IMG/VR virus record: IMGVR_UViG_3300027976_000023 | Length of the DNA stretch: 20,000 nucleotides | Reading direction: 5' to 3' (one strand) | Origin: an uncultured virus (IMG/VR IMGVR_UViG_3300027976_000023) | Lineage: Duplodnaviria > Heunggongvirae > Uroviricota > Caudoviricetes | Part shown: piece after piece, positions 8,701 through 16,585 of the stretch | How positions within the stretch are numbered: the first letter of the stretch is position 1 | Layout: each line of letters begins with the position of its first letter | Translations under genes and position numbers: made by a program | The notes under the pieces: model-generated | What the model was told of the DNA's origin: nothing | The model's input: the letters and a program-made list of their open reading frames with translations, nothing else | Database searches by the model: none

Positions 8701-11700
8701 CCCACTCAACGTTAAAACCTAATACCGATTTAGTGCAACAGTCTATACCTAATGGGATACCATTAAATGTTATTTGACCTATAGGGTTGGTGGATTGTCC
8801 GAAACCTATATTACCTGGTGTTGGACACCTTTTTGTACCACCTATTGTACCTATAATAGCACTTTTACTAATATTCTCATTTTTTTCTGATTCCAACTCA
8901 CCCATTTCTGATGTCAATGAAGATATCTTAGATTCATTTTTAACAAAAATAATATTTAATTGTATTTTTTGTGAATCTGATAAAGATAGATTACCTTCAC
9001 TATTAGTAATATTTTCCGTAGTTGTATTTAATAACTCTGCTGTTCTATTTATAGTATTAACAATATTATTAGACTGTAATACGGATTTTTGTAATGAAGA
9101 ATCTGGTTCAATGAATTCACTACCTCTTTGAGTTAATAGGTTAATCCTTGTTTGTGTTATAAATACTTCTTTTTCTAATGTGGTTATTAAATTACCATCA
9201 TTTTCAAATTTAGCTTTTACTAATTTTCCCTGTAAACCATTAGACGTTTGACAATTTTTTAATAAATCATTATAAATTATTTTTTCGTTTTCATTTTTTA
9301 ATTTTTGTACACTAACACAATTATTAAATTCGTCATTTTTATTTAACTTTGTTGATGATATTGTCCCATATACCTGTAATGTACAGAAATTATTATAATT
9401 AAAATTATCTAATTCTTTTATCTTAACGTCATATATAGTACAATCTAAATTAGTATTTATTTCAGTAGTAGATTTACTAATAACCTGATTATCACTTTCC
9501 TTTTCTTTAATTTTATCAGCTCTTTCATTTATTTTAACATCTAAACCAGCTCGTTTTACTAATAACCCACTAAGTTCATTTTTTAATTCTATTTTTAATG
9601 TATTTTCTTTTAGAATTATTGACAGTTCTTTAGTCGCAATTTCATTTTTATGATTAACTAATGTCTTATCACCATCACTAATAGTTCCATCAAGGTTTGT
9701 AATAGTAGGGCGACCACAATTTTTATTAAATTCACTTATTATATTTTCTATAGCCCCAATCAATAGTCTATAGTTTGATAACGTGTTTGTCCATAAACCA
9801 CACTCTAGTGGTACATCTAATGAACAAATGTTTTGTGTTTGTATATACTCTGAATAGTTAATGTCACAGGATCCAAACAGTGAAGTAGGGATACTATAAC
9901 ACCCATTTAATGTGGTAGTTAAACTATTGAATGTTGTATTTAAATTTGTTATATAATCAATTAACTGTACAGGTACCCCCCCTATTATCTCTCCATCAAC
10001 AATTGATTGGTATTGATCGTATATAAAATTAACCCATGTTTGGTTATTTGATGCCCATTCATTAAGTGATACTACATTTCCACCTATAGCGTTACAACAA
10101 TCAGTAGAAGGTTCAATAATACAGTTATTATTTTGCCATATCACATATTCTTCGCTAGAACTTGTTTCACTATTAAAATTATTTATTAATGAAAGTGGGT
10201 CAGTTGGATCCTCTTCGTTGGAAGTGAACGTAATGAAATTTCTACAATTTAAATTATTTAAAGAAACATCGCTAAATATAGAAGGGTTACAAGGATCCTT
10301 TTTAACACACTCCATTAGATTCTCTGCTGTATATTTTAACATATAGTCAAAAGAAAAGTCTATTGTACAAGAACAATCATCCAACTCAGGTAATCTAAAA
10401 CCTTGCCATTTTTCACTTGCGAAGGTAACGGATACATTATTAATATCATCACAACCTATCCTAGTACTATCTACTGCCGCAGTGATAACATCAGGTGGTG
10501 TAATTATGAATGTACCAGAATTATAATAAGGTATTAAAATACCGTCACAATTAAAAGTAAATTGTCCGAAAGTATAATTATAAAAGTCTGCAACTTCTTT
10601 ATATAATGTAGCTAATTGACCATTAGAATTCCAATCTAATATGAAATCATAAAAAGGGTCTTTAGGTGTGAAGGATATCCTACCATATTGATCAATGGTA
10701 TTTACTTTCCATTCAGAAGGGATATTTAATGTGGTAGAAGAAAATAACGCGTTTGGTGTTATAAATAAGCTATTACTATTAGTGTCAGGACCCAATAAAA
10801 TTACAGACTCATCAAAACAATCTTTAAACATATTAGTAGAAAAATATGATACTATATCACCAGCAGGATTCTGATACTCATTATATGTGGTATTCGCACT
10901 TATATTGACAATAGGGAATAGTGGGTTTAAAGAATTAATTACTAATTCTGGTGATTCTTGACCACCATTCTCAACACAAACAATATATTGTTTATCGTCA
11001 GAACTATTAATAACTTGATAATCATAACCATACCACGCACAACACTCAGGACTACTAATAATGGTGGTGGAAAGAGAATCAGATTCTGGACAATCAACAA
11101 AAGTAAATAATTCATAAAATAATCCAGTGAGGATTTGGTTTTCGTTAATTTGATCAATATATTCTTGAAAAGAATTAATATTGGGTATACCACTAAAATA
11201 AGATGATTCAGTTTGTGATACATCATTTATAGACTGTACACATTTTTGGTTAAATAATGTATAAATATTAGTGGGTATTGTATTATTCGCCATCTGAAAT
11301 ACTACAACACCATTTTCTAACTGAGATAATGGTGTTCCAACACAAGGTGCTAATTTAGAACAATATTCAGATTTAATACCTGACTCGTTTATATATGGTA
11401 CATGTGTATAACCTAATGTAGTACAACACGAACCAAATTCATCAAAAGTAACTTTAGTGCCAGTATCATCAACATAGTATAAAAATGGTGAACAATCTGT
11501 CACCGCACTTAAAGTGTCACAATTAAATGGTTTTATATCAATATCTAATTCACTAATACAAATCTCTAAGGTATTATTACTATCACAATTTTCTGTAGAT
11601 ACTTCTAATAAACAATTATTTTGAGCAAGTTCATAATTATTTTTAATTACTTGCCACTCTGGTGAATATTGTAAATAACTATCTACCTCAATTTTCAATA

Positions 11701-13855
11701 AAAAATCTAAATATTCTTGGTTAGCAACTGCATATTGTTGTTGGAAAGTTGTTTTCCCGTCATTTTGTAATGGAGACTCTATAATACTATAATTAACAAC
11801 TACACAATCATCTATAGGTTGGTACCCATTTGTTATACTATTGTAAGTTAATTGTGTAGTATAAAAATCTGTGGTACCTGTAGGTATCCCATTAAATATA
11901 CCATAATTATAATTAGTGAAATAGTTTTTAGTTATAGTATTTGCGGTAATCTTAACTGTGGGCTCCGAATTAAAGTTTGGGATGTAACACCTACTAAAGT
12001 AATTTAAATACTCGCTACCACCATCATACTCACCAACGTGAGGATTATTCCCATATAGTATTGTCGGTGATCCTGACCCATAAGTTTCTCTATACCATCC
12101 ACCACCTTTTTGGAAGTACATATCTGTTGTACCGTCTTCAACAAGTTCACCAGTTTCAGTGTCGATAAAATCGGTTACCACTAATTGACCATCTATAGGT
12201 GGTAAAGGGTACCCATTTTCATCGTAAGGTATATTACTTAGAACATTTTCATTAACTTCACCTGTATAGATATATAATAATTTCTTAATTCCGTCCATAT
12301 CTAATGGTTTATCCACCATTACAAGATATTCATTAAAATTAACTAAAGCTTCTGGAGCACCAATAAATCTAAATAAAAATTCTACTGCTTTTCTCGTTCC
12401 CTTACTTTTCCATAACCAACCTATATTAAGTATTAATCTTCTGTATAACTCAATATCTATTTGTTCTTGAGTGTAATTAACTGAAGTACCACTAAATTGT
12501 CCGGACCCATTACTAGGTAATAATAACTTATTAAATGTCGTACTTGTTACGAATGTAATAGGGTCCAAACCTAACATGTGAGATAAATCTTTCACTAAAG
12601 AATCTGGAACATTATCTTTTTTATTATAAGTTACTACATGTGCAAATTTAATACCATTAATATATTTTTTAACTTCATCAAACTCAACACCATATATTCT
12701 AAGTAATTTAGTCGCCTTTTCACCGTTCAATGTTAAGTCATCACCATCACCTCTAGGGACAGTATCAAAACTATTTATTGCTTCAGTAGTATATTTTCTT
12801 ATAATAATATCAGTTTTAGTTTGATCTAAATTAATTCCAATATTATTAATTTTATCCAAATATGTTAAGTAAAAACTATCAAAGAAATTTAAATTATACC
12901 CATCTTCAAGTATTGGGAATAATAATGTTTCCGAACTAGTTAACATTACACCATCATCTGTAGCATTTGTAGAAATGATTATTGATTTATAAGGTGGGTT
13001 TGTCTCCCTAGTTAAGATATTAGTTTGAAAGTTATTAAGTGAACTAAAAAAACCTTCAATTTCAGTTTCATTAGGTTTAATGAAATATGGTATAGAAGCA
13101 TCCACATTTGTAAATAAAAACGATAGTGTCGGAATATATATTCCAGTTAATTCAGGAAAGGGGTTTCCATCAACAACTAACACTAAATCTGAATTAGTTG
13201 TTTGAGATGCTGGTGTTATATTTTTTATGTTTTTACTTATACCATTATGTTCTATAACATATGAACTATAATTTACAGTAAAATTTCTAAGTTTGTTTGA
13301 AGTGTCTACACTAGGTGTATATTGGAAATCTAAAGTATATTTAATCCCATATGGGTTAACGAAAAACCTACTATTAACAGTAAATGTGGACTCATCTCTG
13401 GAGATGTCATAAACATAATTAGTGATATTGTTACCAGTTACACTACCAACCTTATCATCTACGTAGATTGCTGCTGGCCATTTATCTTGTGCTTGTAGTA
13501 ACGATGATCTAACCAACTCCTCAGCAGAACCATACCAAATATAACTCAGAGGATTTGTTAAATCTAAGTTCAATTTAGTTTTAATATTTTTTTGTATTGT
13601 TTGTTCTGTAGAATTCGTAACTATGTCATCCAAACAATATAGTTTTGACTTTGTACCTTGTTTAAATAGTATGTTTGGTTTAGGGTCTAAATTAACATCT
13701 ATCGAAAAGTTTCCGTTGGTAAAAAGCGTAGTACCACCTTCACTAGTAAGTTGTAAACCTACTAAATCAGGACTAAAATTTCTGTATTCAATGTTGTCAT
13801 TGAAAAATATCCTTTTTGCGTATCCCGCAATTTTTATTTTATTATTTTCAGCCAT
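5771..13855 (-). CDS. Giant putative baseplate wedge protein (2694 aa), P2 gpI / T4 gp7-like core with Cys-rich and coiled-coil insertions
   Basis: 8-kb uninterrupted ORF. VPDSLVKDLSHMLG...YRRLILNIGWLWKSKGTRKAVEFLFRFIG matches the 'P..L..LA...G / KGT..A(V/I)' signature of gpI/gp7-type wedge proteins, and LLEQVVPATT near the C-terminus resembles their '..PA' terminal motif. It has eight CC pairs and heptad-like K/E/N/Q/L-rich segments. Confidence 0.65.
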   Translation of the reverse strand: MAENNKIKIAGYAKRIFFNDNIEYRNFSPDLVGLQLTSEGGTTLFTNGNFSIDVNLDPKPNILFKQGTKSKLYCLDDIVTNSTEQTIQKNIKTKLNLDLTNPLSYIWYGSAEELVRSSLLQAQDKWPAAIYVDDKVGSVTGNNITNYVYDISRDESTFTVNSRFFVNPYGIKYTLDFQYTPSVDTSNKLRNFTVNYSSYVIEHNGISKNIKNITPASQTTNSDLVLVVDGNPFPELTGIYIPTLSFLFTNVDASIPYFIKPNETEIEGFFSSLNNFQTNILTRETNPPYKSIIISTNATDDGVMLTSSETLLFPILEDGYNLNFFDSFYLTYLDKINNIGINLDQTKTDIIIRKYTTEAINSFDTVPRGDGDDLTLNGEKATKLLRIYGVEFDEVKKYINGIKFAHVVTYNKKDNVPDSLVKDLSHMLGLDPITFVTSTTFNKLLLPSNGSGQFSGTSVNYTQEQIDIELYRRLILNIGWLWKSKGTRKAVEFLFRFIGAPEALVNFNEYLVMVDKPLDMDGIKKLLYIYTGEVNENVLSNIPYDENGYPLPPIDGQLVVTDFIDTETGELVEDGTTDMYFQKGGGWYRETYGSGSPTILYGNNPHVGEYDGGSEYLNYFSRCYIPNFNSEPTVKITANTITKNYFTNYNYGIFNGIPTGTTDFYTTQLTYNSITNGYQPIDDCVVVNYSIIESPLQNDGKTTFQQQYAVANQEYLDFLLKIEVDSYLQYSPEWQVIKNNYELAQNNCLLEVSTENCDSNNTLEICISELDIDIKPFNCDTLSAVTDCSPFLYYVDDTGTKVTFDEFGSCCTTLGYTHVPYINESGIKSEYCSKLAPCVGTPLSQLENGVVVFQMANNTIPTNIYTLFNQKCVQSINDVSQTESSYFSGIPNINSFQEYIDQINENQILTGLFYELFTFVDCPESDSLSTTIISSPECCAWYGYDYQVINSSDDKQYIVCVENGGQESPELVINSLNPLFPIVNISANTTYNEYQNPAGDIVSYFSTNMFKDCFDESVILLGPDTNSNSLFITPNALFSSTTLNIPSEWKVNTIDQYGRISFTPKDPFYDFILDWNSNGQLATLYKEVADFYNYTFGQFTFNCDGILIPYYNSGTFIITPPDVITAAVDSTRIGCDDINNVSVTFASEKWQGFRLPELDDCSCTIDFSFDYMLKYTAENLMECVKKDPCNPSIFSDVSLNNLNCRNFITFTSNEEDPTDPLSLINNFNSETSSSEEYVIWQNNNCIIEPSTDCCNAIGGNVVSLNEWASNNQTWVNFIYDQYQSIVDGEIIGGVPVQLIDYITNLNTTFNSLTTTLNGCYSIPTSLFGSCDINYSEYIQTQNICSLDVPLECGLWTNTLSNYRLLIGAIENIISEFNKNCGRPTITNLDGTISDGDKTLVNHKNEIATKELSIILKENTLKIELKNELSGLLVKRAGLDVKINERADKIKEKESDNQVISKSTTEINTNLDCTIYDVKIKELDNFNYNNFCTLQVYGTISSTKLNKNDEFNNCVSVQKLKNENEKIIYNDLLKNCQTSNGLQGKLVKAKFENDGNLITTLEKEVFITQTRINLLTQRGSEFIEPDSSLQKSVLQSNNIVNTINRTAELLNTTTENITNSEGNLSLSDSQKIQLNIIFVKNESKISSLTSEMGELESEKNENISKSAIIGTIGGTKRCPTPGNIGFGQSTNPIGQITFNGIPLGIDCCTKSVLGFNVEWVGNGCYPKGFISPNGDVPPNGDVDCCPTPGNIGFGQSANPIGQITFNGTPLGVECCTKSVLGFDVEWTDYGCYPKGFISPNGDVDCCTLEIFNELNNTLTQIESVLSDIETSTEKCYSVWLNTLNQNYENFLVIEQQNYLKYLDDLKINFKLFVNNTSIDTNTNIDTDLTYLPYTQSINPIWAWDPTQQYSGVILSGSEINIATIEDSIFDALASQNVDFSPDMFEPNWQTLNYTIPECVCDDLRRLYPNKEFFFSIEIENYECSVCLLVDNIRVNVTDCKTNRLITLNDCLVPQLSCIIDNKKSWVYTDKGVVTNTIYPDGECNVDSSNNTTITKLTTPEERLWTNLEYRYTNYDVHHSDLIINVKNTSFSIDPAKSIECDVYNFWKNIDCDECPTSCTSGETIVFSGQVYSSTTLDDYTLDVSASTVGISFSCDTYTTILTNQVLELKNDYYTLTADYNNSLNASYYDLLKKGGSLSKFYIQKNNCGSDTIVINNNSNLDNLFGLITENNDGTISFYESYLYSGTTPYSGGVLTEVLSGITAQTFNQTTGITLECCTTLNGLINDEGTLGLGIGKKYVWDTTTSSCNWKEINSCKGDCEYYGTKKVISREDCLSGITTGTTVGVCVNPISFLDSLPSEINIKDNFDTMVLSNLIDAKSRQTISDYPLLRLFYQLYLTANNCGEEFTGKLTYNNLFEFMDKIGDYWLDLLEQVVPATTIWEGCDNSGKIYRNTIFDQNKYEYKKYNLNVLCGGHCSVSGKTDFSIGSQEVYAVLEQIPLYPTNVEIKETKNNILTTKVLVSSTQKQLKQLNKQLCSLNLQDIDTDNLEINKDSLNIQISGTNVILISQQTNLSNLLILLEQQQNDYIVQQQDYYSKFSSCSGLTESLVNAQNTLSNFTPGTTNYERQRTFIANVRSNLSKCIRKSYMLKTKEESTAFITQIYDTNEFEGNVIILGDSDWYPDGPFYNTELIHNCI
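8450..8827. repeat. In-frame direct repeat, 2 x 177 bp (8450-8626 and 8651-8827), about 93% identical, with a third copy of a 17-bp end segment at 8633-8649
   Basis: Manual alignment gives 12 mismatches in 177 nt at an offset of 201 nt (67 codons). TACATCACCATTAGGTG occurs at 8450, 8633 and 8651. It encodes CPTPGNIGFGQS.NPIGQITFNG.PLG..CCTKSVLGF.VEW...GCYPKGFISPNGDV twice. Confidence 0.97.
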
Positions 13856-13860
13856 TTATA

Positions 13861-14763
13861 TTAAAAATCTGTTACGTCATCAAAGTCTTTAGTTGGGTCA
13901 ATTGTGAATTTTTGTTCTCTAACTTCATATAGTGGTTTACCTGTAAACTGATCCTTAACCTCATATAAGTTATATTGTTTATAAATTTGATTACCAAAGT
14001 TATATATAGTATAAATACCGTCTTCTAAAGATTTTGATTGATTTGAGTAAAGTGCGTATGCTAATGTTTCATCATCATATTCAACCATTTCTATTTCTAA
14101 CATAATAGGGTTAAAAAATGTATTAGTTATAATCACACCTTGCTGTGGGTTTCCGATAAATGGAACTGCGTTAGGTTTTACTGATGGTGCTGAAGAAGGT
14201 GTTAACGTACAAAAAACTGTTGTAGAGTTATCATTAAACGTATAAGCTTGTGATGCATTATCATTACCTTGATTTTGTGTAATAGGTAATGCCCTATTAT
14301 TTGATGTAATAATTCTAAATAAATTTTGTATTTTGTTTTGTCCTGTACCCGTATTCTCTTTTAAATATTCTATTCTATACCCTACTAAGTTTCCATTTTC
14401 AAATCTACTTTGTAACTCTGTAGGTATCTGATTTATATCGAAAGCTAAACCTTTTACATCTTGATTATCGATTAAAACCCCACAATCTTGTATAGTGGTT
14501 CTTATTTGTTTTGGTCTTATAATAATACTGTAAAATCCTTTACTACCAAAAACCGCTGTTGGTAATTTTAATGTATACAATCCACCCAATATTTCATTAA
14601 CATCATTTGGACTATTCGTTGGTATTAGAACTTCTGATGGGTCTAAATTCAACAAATCTACACTACTCACCAGTTCTCTGGAAGGTGTATAACTATATAA
14701 TATTTCCACATCATCAACAGATACATCTGCTGGTCTTATTGTTCCGTAATTTCCTGTTGCCAT
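13861..14763 (-). CDS. Hypothetical phage protein (300 aa), probably virion/baseplate-associated
   Basis: Clean ORF (MATGNYGTIRPADV...) with an A-rich leader, ending 5 nt before the start of the giant wedge-like gene. The function is inferred from context only. Confidence 0.75.
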   Translation of the reverse strand: MATGNYGTIRPADVSVDDVEILYSYTPSRELVSSVDLLNLDPSEVLIPTNSPNDVNEILGGLYTLKLPTAVFGSKGFYSIIIRPKQIRTTIQDCGVLIDNQDVKGLAFDINQIPTELQSRFENGNLVGYRIEYLKENTGTGQNKIQNLFRIITSNNRALPITQNQGNDNASQAYTFNDNSTTVFCTLTPSSAPSVKPNAVPFIGNPQQGVIITNTFFNPIMLEIEMVEYDDETLAYALYSNQSKSLEDGIYTIYNFGNQIYKQYNLYEVKDQFTGKPLYEVREQKFTIDPTKDFDDVTDF

Positions 14764-14774
14764 AATTTATTTTT

Positions 14775-15680
14775 TTATACTCTTACAAATCCACCTCTAT
14801 TTGTGTCAATGTCATTTGTTGTCTTCAATTCAGATAATATTGCGTGTCTTTCAAATATATCTGCAACCCCTCTATTAATAAATACTACACTATTAACTTC
14901 TGGTTTAAAAACTATACCTAAATACTCTTCTTTTTTTATTATTGCGTTTAAACTAGTGTTGTTTATATTCCAACCACCACTATTACTTTTAAAATTTGTT
15001 TTGAAAAAAGATAAATTCTTACCGTATTCATCTACACTTCTTACGTACTCATTTTTATATGTTATAAATTCGATACCCGAATTTATACTACTTATATTAT
15101 TTTGTTGGTAATCGGATACTTCTATAGGGTTCGACCCTATACTATAAATAGTTTTATTTATATCTTCACTTATAACACCATTAAAAACCTTTTTAGAGTT
15201 ATCCGATGTATTTAAAAATGGTACATATATAGGGTTACCATTAACATCCAACCTATATGACCTTACTTGATTAAGGTAACCATCATCAGTATTACCCGAT
15301 AATGTATTTTCACCAGTTAAATAAAAATTTAATGGTGCCCCAGCTAATCTCCCATAAGTGAAAGAATTAAAATTAGGTGGTGGTGCTGGTAATGTGGTAT
15401 TTGAAGGGGTAAAAGTTTTATCTGAAAATATACCCATATCATCTACATCTTGAGTTAAAAATAAACTAACATCTACCGTATTCTTAATTTTTTGACCTAA
15501 ACTATCTAAAATATAATTACCATTAGAATCAACTATATAGTTAGGTATTTTACCGTAGAAATATTTCGGGTTGGTATCGTCAATAACTGTTTTACCTTCA
15601 GTGTTGGTAATTAAAACACTTTTAGGTATACTTCTAACAGTGTAACTTTCTAATCCTATTTTTTTTCTAATGTATTCCAT
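14775..15680 (-). CDS. Hypothetical phage structural-module protein (about 301 aa, start revised to MEYIRKK)
   Basis: The track start at 15713 overlaps the upstream gene. The ATG at 15680 lies 14 nt after the upstream TAG and 4 nt after TATTTATA, the same geometry as two other genes. Confidence 0.75.
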   Translation of the reverse strand: MEYIRKKIGLESYTVRSIPKSVLITNTEGKTVIDDTNPKYFYGKIPNYIVDSNGNYILDSLGQKIKNTVDVSLFLTQDVDDMGIFSDKTFTPSNTTLPAPPPNFNSFTYGRLAGAPLNFYLTGENTLSGNTDDGYLNQVRSYRLDVNGNPIYVPFLNTSDNSKKVFNGVISEDINKTIYSIGSNPIEVSDYQQNNISSINSGIEFITYKNEYVRSVDEYGKNLSFFKTNFKSNSGGWNINNTSLNAIIKKEEYLGIVFKPEVNSVVFINRGVADIFERHAILSELKTTNDIDTNRGGFVRV

Positions 15681-15684
15681 ACTA

Positions 15685-15692
15685 TATAAATA
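15685..15692 (-). promoter_or_regulatory. TATTTATA motif, 4 nt upstream of the ATG at 15680
   Basis: The minus strand reads TAG-ag-TATTTATA-tagt-ATG, the same 2+8+4 geometry as at 5757-5770. Confidence 0.55.
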
Positions 15693-15694
15693 CT

Positions 15695-16585
15695 CTAAGG
15701 TGTAATTTGCCAAAATGTTAATGTAGGTATCCCCCCTAATGGGAAAGGATTTAAATTAACACCTGGAGGTGGTTGTGATTGTTTAGTGTTAGGGGAAAAC
15801 TTATATTTATATATCCCATTATCATTCTTTAAAATGACTTTTAAGTATAATATACCATCCACACCTTCTAAATTAGTTATTGTTATATTATTTGGGTCAA
15901 TATCATTAGACGATGCTAATTCATAAACCCTACCATTTAATGAGTTATTGTATTGTACGGTTGCGAACATTTCATACTCTTTATTTGGTGCGTTGTCCAC
16001 TAAATCTTGAAACCAATATATCTGAAACCCTTCATGGATTTCACCTGGTTGTAAAACAGGATCACCTAACACTAATGATATAGGCGACTCGTTCACACCT
16101 AATGGAAATCCATACGCGTTTTCTTGATCAACACCCACTTGAGTGTAAATATCTGAAAAAGATAGTAATTGATTTTTACCACTATAAGGACTATCAAATA
16201 AAGATAACCTCATAAAACTATTTATAAACCTACTAGACCTACAAAAAACATCATCAAAGGTGAAACCTAAATCAGAGTATACCCCCGGTTCTGCACCAAC
16301 ACCTCTATGATCAGGACTCCCTAAAGATATAGACTCGGGAGTATAAAAGTTTAAATTAATTTTAAACTTATTTATAATATTCCAATTATTATCGGATGGT
16401 TTAAATATAATTTTTTTATAATCTGTTATAGGGTTTATAGATTTTTTTATCTCATCTTTTACAAACTTATCCATAATCAACTCAGAGTTATCTACAGGGA
16501 AAAAATTACTCCCTAAAGATATATCGATAGTTGTCCCACTACCTATATTTCCTATTAATATTTTTCTTTTATCAACAAACATCAT
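15695..16585 (-). CDS. Hypothetical phage structural-module protein (about 295-296 aa)
   Basis: The track start at 16588 is TTG. ATGs at 16585 and 16582 overlap the last codons and TGA of the upstream gene, suggesting translational coupling. Ends in TAG. Confidence 0.75.
   Translation of the reverse strand: MMFVDKRKILIGNIGSGTTIDISLGSNFFPVDNSELIMDKFVKDEIKKSINPITDYKKIIFKPSDNNWNIINKFKINLNFYTPESISLGSPDHRGVGAEPGVYSDLGFTFDDVFCRSSRFINSFMRLSLFDSPYSGKNQLLSFSDIYTQVGVDQENAYGFPLGVNESPISLVLGDPVLQPGEIHEGFQIYWFQDLVDNAPNKEYEMFATVQYNNSLNGRVYELASSNDIDPNNITITNLEGVDGILYLKVILKNDNGIYKYKFSPNTKQSQPPPGVNLNPFPLGGIPTLTFWQITP

Noticed and set aside
8450..8827. Diversity-generating retroelement TR/VR pair
   Set aside because: The mismatches are not adenine-specific: at most 5 of 12 are A on the coding strand of either copy. 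Both copies are in frame within one gene, and no reverse transcriptase is in the window.
8870..9660. Tape measure protein or SMC-like ATPase
   Set aside because: The helical part is only a small internal fraction of the protein. There are no Walker motifs and no Ala/Gly-rich tape-measure repeats.
10942..11226. 94-aa alternative-frame ORF inside the giant gene
   Set aside because: It is fully nested and its L/I/V/M-rich composition is what an off-frame reading of AT-rich codons gives. There is no initiation signal or evident frameshift site.
5771..13855. Intein or intron explaining the size of the gene
   Set aside because: No recognisable intein splice motifs (C/S start block with a terminal HN-C/S/T in context) or homing endonuclease motifs were seen, and the frame is uninterrupted.
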